Source: an uncultured archaeon
GTDB lineage: Archaea; Altiarchaeota; Altiarchaeia; IMC4; SCGC-AAA252-I15
DNA length: 10,140 nucleotides
Direction: 5' to 3'
Assembly: GCA_902384455.1 (NCBI GenBank)
Contig: CABMCB010000096.1
Location: 1-10,140, forward strand
The stretch's first letter is position 1. Each line of letters opens with the position of its first letter. The position numbers were made by a program, and so were the translations under genes. The notes beneath the pieces were generated by a model. The model had not been told where the DNA came from, made no database searches, and was given only the letters and a program-made list of their open reading frames with translations. Of the stretch, positions 6,782 to 10,140 are shown piece by piece.

Positions 6782-9700
6782 CCAACAACCACAACTACCA
6801 CAACGACTACCACTACAACTATAACTTCCACCACATCAACTATCCCGCTTCCGGGCGGACAATGCCTAATAGCATCAGTCCCTGCAGTCGGCACCTCAGG
6901 AACAGCCCGCGTAGGCTGCCCCACAGGATACGTCATAATGGGCGGCGGATGGAAAGATTACTGGGGCACAGGAGCCGGCGACGGAAACAACGACATATCA
7001 CGACCAGACGGCGACGGATGGCTCTGCCAGAAAGGCTCAGATCCTCGAACAACATGCTACGCAGTCTGCTGCAGCAGCAGCTACTATGACACCACAGTCA
7101 TTACTCAAACAGGTACGATGAGCACAGGCATAACTGCCACATGCCCGACAGGCTACACCGTAGTCGGCGGAGGATACAACGACATAGTAGCAGGGAAAGA
7201 CGAAGACGCAATCAAACCCTCCGGAAACGGATGGTACTGCTACGACGACCAGTCAACAACAGCCGGCTCAACATGCTACGCAGTATGCGGACGCCCAGCA
7301 CAAACCAACAAACAACTAAGCTGCGTAAACGTAATGCAAGCAGGAATACAGTGGCCAAACGGCATAACAGCCTCCTGCCCAACAGGATATGTAGTAACCG
7401 GCGGCGGATTCACTGACTACTCCACCGGAAACGACGACCAAGACTCAAGCAACCCAGTAAACAACGGATGGTTCTGCCAAGAAGACTTTGATGATTCCGT
7501 CCAAACATCAGGCGAATGCCACGCAAGATGCTGCAAACTAGATACGATAACAACCACCACAACCACCACAACCACCACAACCACCACAACCACCACAACC
7601 ACCACAACTACAACCACGATAACAACTACGACCTCCACTCTCCCTCTCCCAGGAGGACAATGCCTAATCGCCTCCGTTAAAAGCACAGGCACAACAGGGA
7701 CAGCCCGCGTAGGCTGCCCCACAGGATACGCTATAATGGGCGGCGGATGGGGAGGCTACAGCGGCGCAGCTAACGGCGACGGAAACAACGACATATCACG
7801 GCCAGACGGCAACGGATGGCTCTGCGAAAAAGATTCCACAGGAACTGCTACATGCTACGCAGTCTGCTGCGACTCCGACTACTACAACACTACTGTAATA
7901 TCGACCTCAGGTAAGATGAGCACTGGAATACTCGCATCCTGCCCCTCAGGATACACAATCGTAGGCGGAGGATACACAGATATAATACCCGGCTACGATG
8001 AAGACGTGATTCAACCGTCAGGAAACGGATGGTACTGTTACGACGACCAGTCAACAACAGCCGGCTCAACATGCTACGCAGTCTGCGCCAAACCCATCCA
8101 AAGCAACCAACAAATAAGCTGCGTCAACATAGTACAACCCGGAATACAATACCCGACCGCAGTAACAGCTTATTGCCCATCCGGTTACGTAATCACCGGC
8201 GGCGGTTTCGTTGACAACTCCGGCGGAAACGACGACCAAGACTCAAGCAACCCAGTAAACAACGGATGGACCTGCTGGGAAGACTACCAAGACTCCCCCG
8301 TTGTCTCAGGAGAATGCTACGCAAGATGCTGCAAACTAAGCACGCCTACCACAACAACGACTACGACCACTACGACTACCACAACAACTACGACAACCAC
8401 TACAACGACCACATCCACAACGTCAACCACCATCTATATGTGCAGCGGCGACAACGTGCGAATGAAGATAATCTACGATAGAATCTGGTACAACGGAACA
8501 GGCTACGTAACCCCCAACACTTACGTCGGAAACGGAGCGACTGCATACGCTAACAACACGTGGATTCCACTCGTAACTTCCGGCGTCGTAGTCATAGATC
8601 CGACCGTTAACACAAACGTCCCGGGAATGTCCGTCCAAAGACTATTCGACCAAGCGTCATCCAAAGGGAAAGTCATAGTAACACAATACGGATTCCGAGG
8701 AAGTTGGGACTGGGAACACGTCCTTGGTAGACTACAGCTACAAAACGGGATAATAACACAGGTAGTAAACGGTCCTTCAAACAACACTTGGGGCTTCGGA
8801 CCTTATGAAAACCAAGGGGACGGTATTGCCTTGATTAACCCCGGTTCAGACGAGTTCTGGTGGACCCCTAACATAGCCAACATGACGTTCCACACGACAG
8901 TAAACACACACGCAGACACATTCATACTATACTACGACTGCGCACCAACAACCACAACTACAACTACCACAACAACGACTACGACCACAACCACCACAAC
9001 CACTACCACAACAACCACGACGACCATACCACTAACAGCCCCAATCCCAACAGCCATATGGAATACAGACGGCAGCGTAACCGTAATCTGGCCACCAGTC
9101 ACAGGAGCCACATCTTACGTAATCTACGCCACAAACACATGCGGCGGAAGCTACTCGGCAGTAGCATCAGTCACCACGCCAAACTGGACAGATACCACAG
9201 CATACCTATTCAATGAACGCTACTACAAAGTGGCAGCAGCCAGAGGCGCAGAAAACGTAATGTCCACATACGCAGTAGGCAAAGTAGACGTCGCCTTAAC
9301 CGAAGGCTGGAACACAGTCTCCTCACCCGTAATACCAACCAACACAGGAATCAAACCATACACAACCTCAGTACTAGCCTCCTTACACAACCCCGCAAAC
9401 ACAGACTTCGGACCCGGATTCACAGGAAGCTACGACTTCGTAATCGGACCAGTAACAGACGGCTCCACAACACTCGGCTCATTCAACCCATACGTACCAT
9501 CATGGATAGGACAAAACCTACTGAGAATAACCGAAAAAGTCAGCTTCCAAATACTCATGAACCAAGCTGACGTACTAACCTTCGTCGGAAAAGTACCCGC
9601 AACAACAAACATAACCCTACCAAACGCAGGATGGTTCTGGATCGGATACCCATCATGCAGAACACAAACAATCAAACCCTACTCCGCCTCAGTACTACAC

Positions 9701-9928
9701 TCACTACACGACGGAACAGCAACAGACTTCGGACCAGCCTACGACGGAAACTACGACTTCCTAATCGGACCCACAACAGCCGCACAAAAAGGATACCTAG
9801 GAACATTCGACCCATTCAAACCATCATTCCTACCACAAAACCTAGAAAACATGCAACAAGGAAACGGCTACATAATCTACATGAACCACGCAGACACATT
9901 CGTAGTAAACTACGCCGGAGGCCCATAA
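6476..9928 (+). CDS. Giant secreted surface protein, C-terminal part (Ig-like repeat, 2x3 Cys-rich modules, poly-Thr linkers, unknown domain, FN3-like domain, two L-x-x-GW repeats); same frame as the upstream ORF
   Basis: In frame with 4001-6457. It begins mid-repeat at a TTG with no signal peptide, and the intervening codons KDGAGN continue the repeat consensus. Confidence 0.85.
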   Translation: MAIPAYDTIILDTQAPTGQSILINGGATYTTSTSVTLTLSATGATECRYNNNGGTWTAYSAYVTSKAWTLTSGDGTKTVGYQCKDAAGNEASPVYDSIILQTPTTTTTTTTTTTTITSTTSTIPLPGGQCLIASVPAVGTSGTARVGCPTGYVIMGGGWKDYWGTGAGDGNNDISRPDGDGWLCQKGSDPRTTCYAVCCSSSYYDTTVITQTGTMSTGITATCPTGYTVVGGGYNDIVAGKDEDAIKPSGNGWYCYDDQSTTAGSTCYAVCGRPAQTNKQLSCVNVMQAGIQWPNGITASCPTGYVVTGGGFTDYSTGNDDQDSSNPVNNGWFCQEDFDDSVQTSGECHARCCKLDTITTTTTTTTTTTTTTTTTTTTTTTITTTTSTLPLPGGQCLIASVKSTGTTGTARVGCPTGYAIMGGGWGGYSGAANGDGNNDISRPDGNGWLCEKDSTGTATCYAVCCDSDYYNTTVISTSGKMSTGILASCPSGYTIVGGGYTDIIPGYDEDVIQPSGNGWYCYDDQSTTAGSTCYAVCAKPIQSNQQISCVNIVQPGIQYPTAVTAYCPSGYVITGGGFVDNSGGNDDQDSSNPVNNGWTCWEDYQDSPVVSGECYARCCKLSTPTTTTTTTTTTTTTTTTTTTTTTSTTSTTIYMCSGDNVRMKIIYDRIWYNGTGYVTPNTYVGNGATAYANNTWIPLVTSGVVVIDPTVNTNVPGMSVQRLFDQASSKGKVIVTQYGFRGSWDWEHVLGRLQLQNGIITQVVNGPSNNTWGFGPYENQGDGIALINPGSDEFWWTPNIANMTFHTTVNTHADTFILYYDCAPTTTTTTTTTTTTTTTTTTTTTTTTTTIPLTAPIPTAIWNTDGSVTVIWPPVTGATSYVIYATNTCGGSYSAVASVTTPNWTDTTAYLFNERYYKVAAARGAENVMSTYAVGKVDVALTEGWNTVSSPVIPTNTGIKPYTTSVLASLHNPANTDFGPGFTGSYDFVIGPVTDGSTTLGSFNPYVPSWIGQNLLRITEKVSFQILMNQADVLTFVGKVPATTNITLPNAGWFWIGYPSCRTQTIKPYSASVLHSLHDGTATDFGPAYDGNYDFLIGPTTAAQKGYLGTFDPFKPSFLPQNLENMQQGNGYIIYMNHADTFVVNYAGGP
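6851..8338 (+). repeat. Direct duplication of a 690-nt block (6851-7540 and 7649-8338), each encoding three Cys-rich CP-x-GY-x-x-x-GGG modules
   Basis: Offset is 798 nt. Both blocks run from PGGQCLIASV to ARCCKL and carry 16 Cys each. Confidence 0.95.
7550..7608 (+). repeat. Perfect tandem repeat (ACAACCACC)x6 plus a partial copy, encoding poly-Thr
   Basis: Six exact 9-nt units at 7550-7603, read directly. Confidence 0.95.
9296..9913 (+). repeat. Two C-terminal ~108-aa L-x-x-GW repeats
   Basis: LTEGWNTVSSP..IKPYTTSVLASLH..TDFGP..YDFVIGP..LGSFNP..QNL..MNQAD versus LPNAGWFWIGYP..IKPYSASVLHSLH..TDFGP..YDFLIGP..LGTFDP..QNL..MNHAD; period 324 nt. Confidence 0.85.
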
Positions 9929-9929
9929 A

Positions 9930-10140
9930 ATGAACGCAAAAAACAACAAGTTTAGGACAACAGCATTAATCACATTTGCCTTATTGCTGGCAAGTCAAGC
10001 CGCCTCCGCGGTCTCTACTGTTCATAATTTTGACGGTAATGTTTATGATAGTACTGGTAATCCTGTTGTTGGTGCTACTGTTTTGGCGTGGGTTAATGGG
10101 ACAGTGCGTGGGAGTTTTGTTACGCAAAATTTTGGTTCGG
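9930..10140 (+). CDS. Secreted protein, paralog of the 3009-3884 product, truncated by the window edge (MNAKNNKFRTTALITFALLLASQAASAVSTVHNFDGNVYDSTGNPVVGATVLAWVNGTVRGSFVTQNFGS...)
   Basis: ATG 1 nt after the upstream TAA, with GGAGG inside the upstream gene end. Signal peptide ends in ASA, and 22/31 aa are identical to the N-domain of the 3009 protein. Absent from the ORF track. Confidence 0.88.
   Translation, partial: MNAKNNKFRTTALITFALLLASQAASAVSTVHNFDGNVYDSTGNPVVGATVLAWVNGTVRGSFVTQNFGS

Larger units (their letters stand above)
6785..9025 (+). repeat. Four poly-Thr linkers: 6785-6820 (T12), 7550-7618 (T23), 8348-8413 (T22), 8948-9025 (T26)
   Basis: ACN codon runs counted from the sequence. 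Confidence 0.92.
4001..9928 (+). other. Single 1975-codon adhesin/S-layer-associated gene interrupted by one TGA (recoded, read through, or recently pseudogenised)
   Basis: The frame is continuous and the repeat alignment runs across the stop: VGYICRNSAG / VGYH*KDGAG / VGYQCKDAAG. Confidence 0.8.

Noticed and set aside
6851-8338. DGR template/variable repeat pair or shufflon
   Set aside because: Both copies are in-frame coding, and their differences are not adenine-specific. There is no reverse transcriptase, recombinase or inverted cassette in the window.
7550-9025. CRISPR-like or non-coding repeat array
   Set aside because: The repeats are ACN codon runs inside a CDS, with no repeat-spacer structure.
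2279-9933. Short overlapping ORFs, including poly-Val, WWL-repeat and His/Asp-rich peptides
   Set aside because: These are off-frame or antisense readings of real genes and poly-Thr tracts.

Overview
This looks like an archaeal window: it has BRE/TATA promoters, an Lrp/AsnC regulator, and CARDB/poly-Thr surface proteins of the kind common in DPANN/Altiarchaeota-like genomes (taxonomy is inference). The left part holds a truncated minus-strand hypothetical gene missed by the ORF track (1-507), divergent from CTP synthase pyrG (true start 646, not 16). pyrG converges on an Lrp/AsnC regulator. The right part is a plus-strand cell-surface cluster: a membrane-anchored Thr-stalk protein, a giant modular secreted protein, and the start of a paralog of the anchored protein. 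The main observation is that the two large ORFs (4001-6457 and 6476-9928) form one reading frame of 1975 codons interrupted by a single in-frame TGA (6455-6457). That TGA sits exactly on the conserved Cys of a three-fold Ig-like repeat, so it is recoding/readthrough, a recent nonsense allele, or a sequence error. Other notable features are two triplets of resistin/PCSK9-CHRD-like Cys modules, a perfect 16-bp palindromic operator candidate echoed near the Lrp promoter, a hairpin sequestering the Shine-Dalgarno (SD) site in the pyrG leader, and an A/C-versus-G/T strand skew that is independent of gene direction and flips at kb scale.
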